Positions 1-8,147 of a stretch of DNA of 47,427 nucleotides are shown here, piece after piece. The notes beneath the pieces are model-generated. The model was not told the origin of the DNA and did not search any database. It saw nothing but the letters and a program-made list of their open reading frames with translations. Position 1 is the stretch's first letter. The number at the start of each line of letters is the position of its first letter. Made by a program: the position numbers and the translations under genes. The DNA is from Myxococcota bacterium (lineage in GTDB: Bacteria; Myxococcota_A; UBA796; CAJQPC01), in NCBI GenBank assembly GCA_036229005.1, contig JAZAMN010000063.1:1-47427 (forward strand), given 5' to 3'.

Positions 1-70
1 ACGTGCCGAGCAGCTCGTCCAGCAGCTCTTCGCGCTTCTTCTCAATCTCGCTCTTCTTCTTGCGTGCCAT
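1..70 (-). CDS. IS256-family transposase, N-terminal part (runs off the window)
   Basis: Manual translation from the ATG at 70 gives MARKKKSEIEKKREELLDELLGT, matching the 'ELLDELL' N-terminus typical of IS256 transposases. GGAG lies 7 nt upstream and an IS256-type end is adjacent. Confidence 0.75.
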   Translation of the reverse strand, partial: MARKKKSEIEKKREELLDELLGT

Positions 71-139
71 CGGGCATCTCCGGGTGGAGGAGATCACCCG
101 GAGGGCTTGACGCGTCTACACAGAATTCTGGACACCCTC
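1..139 (-). mobile_element. Left end of an IS256-family insertion sequence (terminal IR at ~114-139)
   Basis: The minus strand from 139 reads GAGGGTGTCCAGAATTCTGTGTAGAC, resembling IS256-family terminal IRs (GAGnnTGTC...AATTCTGTGTA), about 70 nt before the transposase start. Confidence 0.75.
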
Positions 140-243
140 GACCGGAGACCGGGGACCGGCCCCTCCCCGAGACGCCTGAACCAGTCGGCTTGCGCGGCGC
201 TCGCCCCCAGCAGAGCGTCATCGGCGGTCCCCGGTCCCCGGTC
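140..243. repeat. Inverted repeat built from 7-bp GACCGGG units
   Basis: 140-158 (gaccggagaccggggaccg) matches the reverse complement of 225-243 at 18/19 positions. Confidence 0.8.
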
Positions 244-277
244 GCCTGTCGCCGCGCGCCTCCCTGCCTCCGTCACC

Positions 278-393
278 GCGCAATCCGACCCGAATGCACC
301 ATCTGGCAGCTCAACCCCACCCGAATGCACCACCGGGCCGCGCAACCCCACCCGAATGCACCATCCGGCCGCGCAACCCCACCCGAATGCACC
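278..393 (+). repeat. Tandem array A: 4 copies with 31-bp period
   Basis: The 23-bp core GCGCAACCccaccCGAATGCACC (with minor variants) starts at 278, 309, 340 and 371. Confidence 0.95.
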
Positions 394-420
394 CCAGCCG
401 CCCCATCCTCGACCCCCACC

Positions 421-536
421 GGTGCACTCACCCCCGGTTGCGCACAAGCTCGGTGCACTCACCCCGGGTTGCGCACAAGCTCGGTGCACTCACCCCCGGT
501 TGCGCGCAAGCTCGGTGCACTCACCCCGGGTTGCGC
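421..536 (-). repeat. Tandem array B: 4 copies with 31-bp period, inverted relative to array A
   Basis: GGTGCACTCAcccc(c/g)GGTTGCGC starts at 421, 452, 483 and 514. Its reverse complement GCGCAACC-N5-TGAGTGCACC matches the array A core. Confidence 0.95.
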
Positions 537-569
537 ACCCACGCCAGCCCACGCCCTACAATGCCCCCG

Positions 570-1373
570 ATGCTCCTCCTCCTCGCCACCCTGGCCCACG
601 CCGCCCAGACCGTCGTCATCGAAGTCGACCGCGGCCCCCTCGACGCCGCCCCCATGCTCTCCCTGCGCGGCGGCGGTGAGCAGCTCGACCAGGCGTGCCG
701 CGACGACGGCCAGGGGCGCGACCGCGTACGCAACGACAGCATCCACACCTGTGTCGCCCAGGCCCCCGGCTACCCCCTGGAGCTGCTCGTGCGCTGGGGC
801 AGCGGCGAGGCCAGGCACCAGCTCGCCCAGCAGCCCTCCGGTGACCTCACCCTCCGATTGGGCCCCGATGGCTTCGAGCCCCTGGACCTCTCCAAGCTGC
901 GCCAGCCGCCACCCCAGCCCCAAGGCGCCGACCCTCTCTCCCGGCCCGGCACCACACAGACCTTCTGGGCCCTGCTCGTGGGGATCGTGGCTCTCGGGGC
1001 GGCTGCCTTCACCCTCTGGCCCCGCCGCCTGCCCGCCGGCCTCTCTTGGGATCCCCCCACCCGCGAGGACACCCTCCCCCTGACCCTCCCCCAGGCCCAC
1101 GCCCGCTTCTCCGGCCAGGGCCCCGTCCTCGTCGTCGGCCAAGCCCCCGTGGACGCTCCCGCGCTCCACGCCAAGTCCACCGACGTCCAGGACCTGCTCG
1201 ACACCCTGCGCCGCATCGCCCGCGCCCAGCCCCTCCAGGCGCGCACCCTGCTCATCCCCGCCGACGCCACCCTGTCAAACCCCGGCGACGTCGGCCTCAG
1301 CCCCCGCGAGCGCCTGCTGCGGGACGCGCCCCCCGGCACCCGCGTCGTCTTCCTGACCACGCCCACCGCCTGA
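570..1373 (+). CDS. Hypothetical exported single-pass membrane protein
   Basis: Short signal MLLLLATLAHA (alternative ATG at 561), a DDG..D...D.I.T motif resembling choice-of-anchor X, and a TM helix FWALLVGIVALGAAAFTLW. The upstream part of ORF 294 is translated repeat DNA. Confidence 0.7.
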   Translation: MLLLLATLAHAAQTVVIEVDRGPLDAAPMLSLRGGGEQLDQACRDDGQGRDRVRNDSIHTCVAQAPGYPLELLVRWGSGEARHQLAQQPSGDLTLRLGPDGFEPLDLSKLRQPPPQPQGADPLSRPGTTQTFWALLVGIVALGAAAFTLWPRRLPAGLSWDPPTREDTLPLTLPQAHARFSGQGPVLVVGQAPVDAPALHAKSTDVQDLLDTLRRIARAQPLQARTLLIPADATLSNPGDVGLSPRERLLRDAPPGTRVVFLTTPTA

Positions 1374-1388
1374 ACCCGGGAGACCCCC

Positions 1389-2735
1389 ATGCTGCCCCTG
1401 CTCCTGACCCTCCCCGCCGCCGCCCAGCTCCAGCCCGGCGAGTGGGGCGTGAACGACACCCCCGACATCCTGCTCATGGGCAACTCCTACACCTTCTACA
1501 ACGGCGGCTTGGACGCCGCGCTGCGCCCCATGCTCGAAGAGGGCCTCGGCGTCAGCGAGGTCCGCGTCCGAATCCTCGCCGAGCCCGGCCGCAGCCTCGC
1601 CGACCATGCGGGCTGGGCCGCCGACCCCGAGCACGCCTGGAACCTCGCCCTGGAGGAGGGCGAGTGGGACTACCTCGTCGCCCAGGACCAGTCCCAGATC
1701 CCCGGCTTCCCCCAGACCGAAACCTACTGGCAGGACAGCCGCGACGCCGCCGTCTACCTGGGGCAGCGCGTCAACGACCAGGGCGGCGAGCTCGTCCTGC
1801 TCATGACCTGGGGCCGCCGCGACGGGGACAGCCAGAACGCCAGCCTCTACCCCGACTACGCCACCATGCAGGCCCGCCTGGAGGACGGCTACCTGGCCTA
1901 CGCCGAGGCCACCCAGGGCCGCATCGCCCCCGCCGGGCTCGCCTGGGAGGTCATCCACCAGGACATCCTGGACGACGGCGGCACCCCCACCGACAACCCC
2001 GGCTTCACCGACCTCTACGTGGCCGACGGCTCCCACCCCTCCGTCGAGGGCACCCTCCTCGCCGCCTCCGTCATCTACGCCAGCATCACCGGCCGCAGCC
2101 CCATCGGCCTGACCACCGCCTACCAGGACGTCAGCGCCGCTCGCCGCGACCAGCTCCAGCAGGCCGCCCACCGCGCCGTCTTCGAGTCCGGTCCCGGCCG
2201 CGTCCCCATGCCCTATCTGTGGGAGGACGACCGCATCGCCCAGGCCGGCGGCGTCCTCAGCCACGGCGGCCAGTGGGTCACCGGCTACGTCAGCGACCAC
2301 CAGGGCGACCTCGTCCTCTCCGAGACCAGCACCGCGTGGATCGCCGGTCAGCTCGACGGCGCCATCCTCGGGGACGGCAAGGTTGTCCTCGCTGGCACCT
2401 GGATGCTCCCTGAGCTCGGCGTCACCCTGGAGGGTCAGTTGGTGGGGGAGGGGACCCTGGTGCTCCCCGATCTGCCCTCACCCGGAGACACCATCCTCCA
2501 GGCCAACACCTGCGACGATCTCTCCACCGTCGAGGTCATCGGTCCGCAGGGCGACCCCGTCCCCGTCGTGGTCGAGGGCTGCCTGCTCTACGCCTCCAAC
2601 GGCGAGCCCAGCGACGACACCGGCCTCTCCTCGGACCCCGGCGGCTGCGGCGGCTGCGCCCACGGCCCCGGCGGATCGCCCGCCTGGATCCTCCCCTTGG
2701 TGCTCCTGGGACTCGCCCGGCGCCGCGATCCCTGA
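1389..2735 (+). CDS. SGNH/GDSL-type hydrolase (DUF4886-like) with MYXO-CTERM-like tail
   Basis: GNSYT block I, QDQS and DGSHPS catalytic motifs, C-terminal GGCGGCA...WILPLVLLGLARRR, and a GGAG RBS. Confidence 0.85.
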   Translation: MLPLLLTLPAAAQLQPGEWGVNDTPDILLMGNSYTFYNGGLDAALRPMLEEGLGVSEVRVRILAEPGRSLADHAGWAADPEHAWNLALEEGEWDYLVAQDQSQIPGFPQTETYWQDSRDAAVYLGQRVNDQGGELVLLMTWGRRDGDSQNASLYPDYATMQARLEDGYLAYAEATQGRIAPAGLAWEVIHQDILDDGGTPTDNPGFTDLYVADGSHPSVEGTLLAASVIYASITGRSPIGLTTAYQDVSAARRDQLQQAAHRAVFESGPGRVPMPYLWEDDRIAQAGGVLSHGGQWVTGYVSDHQGDLVLSETSTAWIAGQLDGAILGDGKVVLAGTWMLPELGVTLEGQLVGEGTLVLPDLPSPGDTILQANTCDDLSTVEVIGPQGDPVPVVVEGCLLYASNGEPSDDTGLSSDPGGCGGCAHGPGGSPAWILPLVLLGLARRRDP

Positions 2736-2789
2736 GCCCCGCTGACTTGGGGTCAGCAAAGCACCGGCCCGCCGAGTAGACTTGCGGCC

Positions 2790-4988
2790 ATGACCTTGCT
2801 CGCCCTGTCCTTCCTCGCCTGTTCCACCGAGCCGCCCGATGACCTGGATGTCTACAGCCAGGCCCACGGCTGCTACGCCCTGCGCTCTGGGGGCAAGTAC
2901 CTGGTGTCCTCCGACGACCAGGTCGCTTTCTCCACCCGCAGCGTGGACGAGGCCACCGCCTTCCGCTTCCAGCCCGCGGACCTGGGGAGCTACCTGCTCT
3001 ACGACCCCGAGCGCGGCTTTGTGGTCAATGAGAACCAGACGGACCTGCAGCGCCTCACCGAGCTGGAGTCCGACGTCACCCTGGTCGACGACGGCTACAT
3101 CTCCGGCGCCCAGTGGTCCCTGACCGCCCACGCAAAGCACGGCGACCGCTTGGCCCTCAAGAGCGACCGCACCGGACTGTGGTTGGACGAGAAGGGCCTG
3201 GTGGAAGAGGGCACCAAGGCCGCCGACCTGGAGCTGGAGCCCGTAGACGGCTGCGCCGACTTCCCCGAGCTCAGCGTCGACGCCGAGGGCGAGATCGGCA
3301 TGACTGTGTGGGAGGACGGCGAGCTCTACGGCTATGTCGACGTCCACTCCCACCTGCTCACGAACTTTGGGTTCGCCGGCGGCATGTATCACGGAGCCCC
3401 CTTCCACCCTCTGGGCGTCGAGCACGCTCTGCACGACTGCGCCGTCGTGCACGGGGAGATGGGCAGAAAGGACATGTTCGGCTGGGTCTACGACAACCAG
3501 GGCAACGGCGGGGACCTGACCGAGGCCCTGCCCATGATGTTGGCCGGCGAGATCGAAGAGGACAACCACTACACCGACGGCTACCCCACCTTCACCGACT
3601 GGCCCCACGCCAACGAGCGCTTCACCCACCAGACACAGTATTACAAGTGGCTGGAGCGCAGCTACCTGAGCGGCCTGCGTCTGGTCGTCCAGCACGCCAC
3701 CACAAACTCTGTCATCTGCCACCTGACCGTCGGCGAGGAGTGGTCACCCGCCCGCTATTCGTGTGAGGACATGGTCGGCGTGGACCGCGAGATCGAGGGC
3801 GCCTACGACATGGAGCGCTACATCGACGCCCAGAGCGGCGGCCCGGGCCAGGGCTGGTTCCGCATCGTCCGCACCCCCGAGGAGGCCCGCCAGGTCATCG
3901 AAGAGGGCAAGATGGCCGTCATCCTGGGCATCGAGACCTCCGACCTCTTTGACTGCCACCTCACCCCCCGCGAGGGCGGCCCGGTCTGTGATGAGGCCTA
4001 CGTCGACGCCCAGCTCGACCACTACTACGACCTGGGTGTGCGCGCCCTCTTCCCCAACCACAAATACGACAACGCCTTCACCCCTGGCGACGGCAGCGAT
4101 GGCTTCATCGAGGTCGGGAACTTCCTCAACTCCGGCCACTACACCAACAAGGTACAGAACTGTCCCGAGGGGGTGCCTGGCAACTTTGACGGCGGCAGCG
4201 TCACCTTCTCCGGCCTGCTGGAGCCCCGGGACGAGTATCAATCCGACCCCCCCGAGGACGTCAGCGGTGTCTACGGCGACGAGCCTCTGGACGCCATCTT
4301 GCCCTACGCCCTCAAGCTCACCGGTGGCGGCGTGGACGGCCAGCACTGTCAGAACGGAACCCTCACCCCAATCGGCGAGTATCTCATCAATGGCATGATG
4401 CAGCGCGGCATGATCATCGAGGTCGACCACCTCCCCATGTGGTCCTACGTGCGCGCCGTCGAGATGCTCGAGGCCAACGACTACCCCGCCGTCGGCACCC
4501 ACGGCCGCGACTGGGACGGCAAGATCTTCGCCCTGGGCGGCACCACCTTTGGCAACTTCTCCCGCTGCCATGACGCACAGAACCCCGGCGCTGCCATGAA
4601 TGGCTACAACGAGCGTCTCCAGCGCAAGATCGACGCCGGCGGCCACGCCAGCCTGGGCTTTGGCTTTGACTACAACGGCCTGGCCAGCGGTCCCCGCAAC
4701 CGCTTCGGCGACGACTCTCCCTGCGTCGACCAGACCGACCCCGTGACCTACCCCTTCACCTCCTACGATGGCTCCATCACCTTCACCGAGCCCGTCGCCG
4801 GCGAGCGCGTCTTTGACTACGGCACCGAGGGCATGGCCCACATCGGCCTCATCCCCGAATACATCCAGGACGCCCGCAACGACGGCGCCACCGACGCCGA
4901 CCTGGAGCCCCTCTTCCGCTCCGCCGAGGGATACGTCCAGGTCTGGGAGAAGGCCGTCGCCCGCGCGGAGGCCGGGGCTGGGCAGTAG
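2790..4988 (+). CDS. Lipoprotein of the amidohydrolase/membrane dipeptidase (M19) fold, ceramide N-deacylase-like
   Basis: Lipobox SFLAC, N-terminal beta-rich domain, DVHSH, ILGIE, IIEVDH, GFDYNG and GMAHIGLIPE motifs. Confidence 0.8.
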   Translation: MTLLALSFLACSTEPPDDLDVYSQAHGCYALRSGGKYLVSSDDQVAFSTRSVDEATAFRFQPADLGSYLLYDPERGFVVNENQTDLQRLTELESDVTLVDDGYISGAQWSLTAHAKHGDRLALKSDRTGLWLDEKGLVEEGTKAADLELEPVDGCADFPELSVDAEGEIGMTVWEDGELYGYVDVHSHLLTNFGFAGGMYHGAPFHPLGVEHALHDCAVVHGEMGRKDMFGWVYDNQGNGGDLTEALPMMLAGEIEEDNHYTDGYPTFTDWPHANERFTHQTQYYKWLERSYLSGLRLVVQHATTNSVICHLTVGEEWSPARYSCEDMVGVDREIEGAYDMERYIDAQSGGPGQGWFRIVRTPEEARQVIEEGKMAVILGIETSDLFDCHLTPREGGPVCDEAYVDAQLDHYYDLGVRALFPNHKYDNAFTPGDGSDGFIEVGNFLNSGHYTNKVQNCPEGVPGNFDGGSVTFSGLLEPRDEYQSDPPEDVSGVYGDEPLDAILPYALKLTGGGVDGQHCQNGTLTPIGEYLINGMMQRGMIIEVDHLPMWSYVRAVEMLEANDYPAVGTHGRDWDGKIFALGGTTFGNFSRCHDAQNPGAAMNGYNERLQRKIDAGGHASLGFGFDYNGLASGPRNRFGDDSPCVDQTDPVTYPFTSYDGSITFTEPVAGERVFDYGTEGMAHIGLIPEYIQDARNDGATDADLEPLFRSAEGYVQVWEKAVARAEAGAGQ

Positions 4989-4995
4989 GGGAGTT

Positions 4996-5391
4996 GTGGC
5001 GATTGAATACACGCTTTACGCGGCAGAGCCGATCTCCGGGATTCCAATCCCGGGCGCTTGTCGAGATTCTTCAGTTCGACCGACGAGGTACAGCCTCTCT
5101 GCCTGTTCGTGGGTGCCCTTGCCAGTGGAAGGCCGAGTTGCCCAGTTTGTGGAGGAAGACCATCGTCTGGTCCCTCGGGAGATGATCATCTTCCGTCTGG
5201 ACAAGTTCAATCAAGTGGTGGCGAGCCGCCAGTTGGCCGTCGTTCTGAGGGCCCTGGTCGGCAACTCGCATGGAGAGTTGCTACTTCTCTTCAACGGGGA
5301 GCATGTGGTGCTTCGCCGCGGGAGGCAAGGCTTGTGGTTGGATGAACAGTCGTTGCCGATGCAGTATTTCGCCGAGACTGCGCCGGAGTAG
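4996..5391 (+). CDS. SitI3-family-like immunity protein (orphan)
   Basis: A GTG start inside ORF 4768 gives MAIEYTL...EEDHRLVPREMIIFRLDK...GELLLLFNGEHVVLRRG..LWLDE. This follows the recalled SitI3 pattern (MA(I/L)EY.L...FRL.K...LLFNGE.IVL.R). Confidence 0.65.
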   Translation: MAIEYTLYAAEPISGIPIPGACRDSSVRPTRYSLSACSWVPLPVEGRVAQFVEEDHRLVPREMIIFRLDKFNQVVASRQLAVVLRALVGNSHGELLLLFNGEHVVLRRGRQGLWLDEQSLPMQYFAETAPE

Positions 5392-5452
5392 CGCTTGTGT
5401 CGCGCCGGTTGGGTTCAGCTCAAACCCGTGGTTCAGCGTGCGTCGGTACACA

Positions 5453-6388
5453 CTATCCTGGCTGGTAGTCCCTGAACGCGTGGACACCGTCCCTGTGCGG
5501 AGTCTCTCCGTTGTCATCCGGAGCACTGATTCTGTTCGTGTTGAACCAGAGACGCCGCGCCCCCGCATCGGGGTTGTCGTCGACACCGACGCCTTCGATC
5601 TCGAACTTGGTCGAGTATTTCTTGGAACGGATTCGGAAGGAGAGGCTCTCGGAAGCTCGAAGACTGGAGATGCCTTTCTGAGGATCCAGGTCGAAGACCG
5701 CTACGACGCTGACATGGGGCTTCCCGGCGGCCTCGCTCCCTCCCCAAAGTGGACAGAAGACCTGTCCTTTGTGGTAGGTAATGCCTTGGTGGATGAAATG
5801 CCGGACAGGCTCCCCGGCCACCACCAGGTCCGCGAAGTTGCACTGGTGCTCGGCGGAGACTTTCAAGATCCCCGTCTGGCGGTCCAGGGGGATGTCTACC
5901 TCGTAGAAGCGGTCGCTGGACTTGAGCACCGCCTGGATCACGGTTCCTGAGGATTTGTACCCGGTCTTGGTGATTCCGGAGACTGCACTGATTCCCGTAC
6001 CGTGTAGAGAATAGCCACCAACCACTTGATAGCTGTTCCCCTTGTATTCCAGCTTGACAATGTCCAAGGCATTGTTGCTGCGCATCGTCGCAACGTACAT
6101 GAACAGTCGCCCGCTGGAATCATGTGCAAGGACGATGTCGTTCCCATGCCCCAGTTCAGTCGTGTAGTCCGAGTGGCCGCCCCGCGCGTTCTGCATCAGG
6201 CTTGTCTTCCTGGTGCGCAGATGTGTTCGGTAGACCATCGCGCGCGTGTCCTTCGGGATGGTTTCCGTCCCATGGGCTACCTTGATTGTGTACGCGTAGG
6301 TGGAACCTGTAGCAAATCCCTGAACGGCTCCGCAGCCCTTTGCATAGGGAATGTCAGAGATGTCCTCGTAGTGTTTGAAGGTCTGCAT
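5453..6388 (-). CDS. Hypothetical beta-propeller-like protein (TagC/phage RBP-propeller-like)
   Basis: Likely start MQTFKHY at 6388. Blade-like motifs VQGFA, LGHGND, HQGITY and FEIEGV; codon usage atypical for the window. Confidence 0.6.
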   Translation of the reverse strand: MQTFKHYEDISDIPYAKGCGAVQGFATGSTYAYTIKVAHGTETIPKDTRAMVYRTHLRTRKTSLMQNARGGHSDYTTELGHGNDIVLAHDSSGRLFMYVATMRSNNALDIVKLEYKGNSYQVVGGYSLHGTGISAVSGITKTGYKSSGTVIQAVLKSSDRFYEVDIPLDRQTGILKVSAEHQCNFADLVVAGEPVRHFIHQGITYHKGQVFCPLWGGSEAAGKPHVSVVAVFDLDPQKGISSLRASESLSFRIRSKKYSTKFEIEGVGVDDNPDAGARRLWFNTNRISAPDDNGETPHRDGVHAFRDYQPG

Positions 6389-6613
6389 GATCCCTACACG
6401 GCTCCTTTGTCTGGCGTGGCCTGCGCATTGCCAACGGTGTGAGTCACCCCAAAACCTCCCACCTTCCACCCCGCCGGACCAGCAGCTCCCGAATCAACGG
6501 ATGGTCCACCTGCGGACCCGAGGTCTTCCGAATCACCTCGCGGAGCATGTCCGGACCTCCGGGGTTGTCCAAGCCGGTGAACGGTAGCATGTCCCATGCG
6601 GGCACGGTGGCGA

Positions 6614-6784
6614 TCAAGGGACCCCGGACCTGAGGAGGCGTTCGAGCACTGGCGCCTGGTCGCCCTCCATCACGATTGTGGTGCGTCCCTGTGCGTCATC
6701 GCTTTCCGCGCGCTTGATGAGCGGGATCAGCTGATCCGGAGTCCCCCTGGGGGGCGGTGTCTTCTTCTTGAACCAATCGAACAT
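6614..6784 (-). pseudogene. Short or truncated ORF (MFDWFKKK..., 56 aa)
   Basis: Strong AGGAG RBS before the ATG at 6784. The ORF stops after 56 codons, while another open frame continues to ~6440. Confidence 0.4.
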
Positions 6785-6801
6785 GCGAACTCCTGTGCTC
6801 C

Positions 6802-7359
6802 TCACTGACCAACGGCGTGGACACACTCCCACTCTCCCAGCTCCTCAAACTCCACCGCCGCCCCATCGGGCCCAATCACCCGGACAGCCACACTCCCACC
6901 CGTCTCCGGCCAGGCCATCACAGATCGGTTCGTGAAGAACCAGATCTGGGCTCCAACCTGGAGCTCCACGACCACCCCTCGTTTCCATGCGTCAGGGGAC
7001 AACCAGTCGGCGGTGAGACCCACCCCGCAATCTCCGGTTTCCACCAACTCGGGGCGAGTCAGCCCGCTCAGGTCAAGCGGGACAGTACCCCCGAGAACGC
7101 TGATCTGGAACTCGACACAGTCCAGGTCATGGGTTCCCATTTTCGCGAACTCATCCATTCGCCACAGAGTGCACCCTTCGGTGTCGGTGGTCGCAGTCCA
7201 TCCTGTGAGGCAGTCTTCGTCCTGAACGGTCTCCGTTGTGGCATACCAGGGGCGGTCGCCAACGTGCCATTCCCGACTGATGGGATCACACCAGCCACGG
7301 AAGCTCTCGGGGTCCTCTGTATACGGCTCCCCACTACAACCCAACAGCAACACCCACAT
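6802..7359 (-). CDS. Hypothetical lipoprotein
   Basis: MWVLLLGC lipobox; the ATG overlaps the SRAP stop (TGATG). Confidence 0.7.
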   Translation of the reverse strand: MWVLLLGCSGEPYTEDPESFRGWCDPISREWHVGDRPWYATTETVQDEDCLTGWTATTDTEGCTLWRMDEFAKMGTHDLDCVEFQISVLGGTVPLDLSGLTRPELVETGDCGVGLTADWLSPDAWKRGVVVELQVGAQIWFFTNRSVMAWPETGGSVAVRVIGPDGAAVEFEELGEWECVHAVGQ

Positions 7360-8120
7360 CAAAGCACCACCGCCTCACCCACAGTCTCCTGCACCCCCTC
7401 CGACTTGTCTCCAACCCGCCCAACCCGCTCGTTGAGCCGCAGGGCCTCCAGGGTGCCGGGCTGGGGAGGCTGGATGAGGGAGAGGGGCTCGGGGGTCTCG
7501 GGGTTGAGCCACTCACCCCACAGACTCTGGGGCAGGACCACGGGGCTGCGATCGTGGTAGCCAGCGAGGTCACCCTTGGCGGCTTGGGTGATGATGACTG
7601 CGCTGTCTGTGTGAGGTGCGCCGGGCGGGTCCCAGGGGCTCCACATGCCGGCCAGGGCCAGCAGGCCGCCGCCGCGGGGCTGGAATCTGTAGGGGATGCG
7701 CTGGGGCTTGCTGGAGCGGGGGGCGGCGCCGAAGAGGGAGGTCTGTGCTTGCTGCTCCAGTGTGTCCTCGACGCGCCACTCCATCCAGCCGCTGACGAGC
7801 ACCAGGCAGCGCCGGGCGGTGAAGGGCGATCTCCAAGGGCCCCAGCGCAGCAGCTTGTCCTCCCTGGCGTTGATGAGGGGGCGGCCGATGGCGGACTTGG
7901 GGGCCTGGCGCTTGTCGTCGGGGACCAGACCCCAGCGGACGCTGCTGAGCTTGGGACCCTGGGCGTCCAGGCGCAGGATGGCGATGGGGTCGGTGGGGGC
8001 GATGTTGGGGCTGCGCAGGGTGCTGTCCTGGAGCTCGTCGTCGCGGATGTCCGGGTCCAGGCTGCCCACGAAGAAGCGCAGCTTGACGCGCTGGGTGAGG
8101 AGCAGGGTGCGGGCGCACAT
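7359..8120 (-). CDS. SOS response-associated peptidase (SRAP/HMCES/YedK family)
   Basis: N-terminal MC, NIAPT, RWGLVP, INAR, RRCLV...GWMEW and HDRSPVVL motifs. Confidence 0.92.
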   Translation of the reverse strand: MCARTLLLTQRVKLRFFVGSLDPDIRDDELQDSTLRSPNIAPTDPIAILRLDAQGPKLSSVRWGLVPDDKRQAPKSAIGRPLINAREDKLLRWGPWRSPFTARRCLVLVSGWMEWRVEDTLEQQAQTSLFGAAPRSSKPQRIPYRFQPRGGGLLALAGMWSPWDPPGAPHTDSAVIITQAAKGDLAGYHDRSPVVLPQSLWGEWLNPETPEPLSLIQPPQPGTLEALRLNERVGRVGDKSEGVQETVGEAVVL

Positions 8121-8147
8121 GGGGACCTCCTGGGCACATCATAGGGG

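Noticed and set aside
278..536. CRISPR array
   Set aside because: Units are near-identical tandem 31-mers with only 8-bp linkers, no unique spacers and no cas genes.
64..1083. ORFs 64..1083, 107..679 and the 294-560 extension
   Set aside because: These translate repeat DNA or off-frame GC-rich sequence and are Pro/Arg/Ser-rich with no motifs.
5391..5455. Integron attC site between accessory genes
   Set aside because: No convincing RYYYAAC...GTTRRRY pairing, the flanking genes are convergent and there is no integrase.
5270..5950. Plus-strand 226-aa ORF
   Set aside because: It is the antisense shadow of the 5453-6388 gene, which has coherent repeated motifs.
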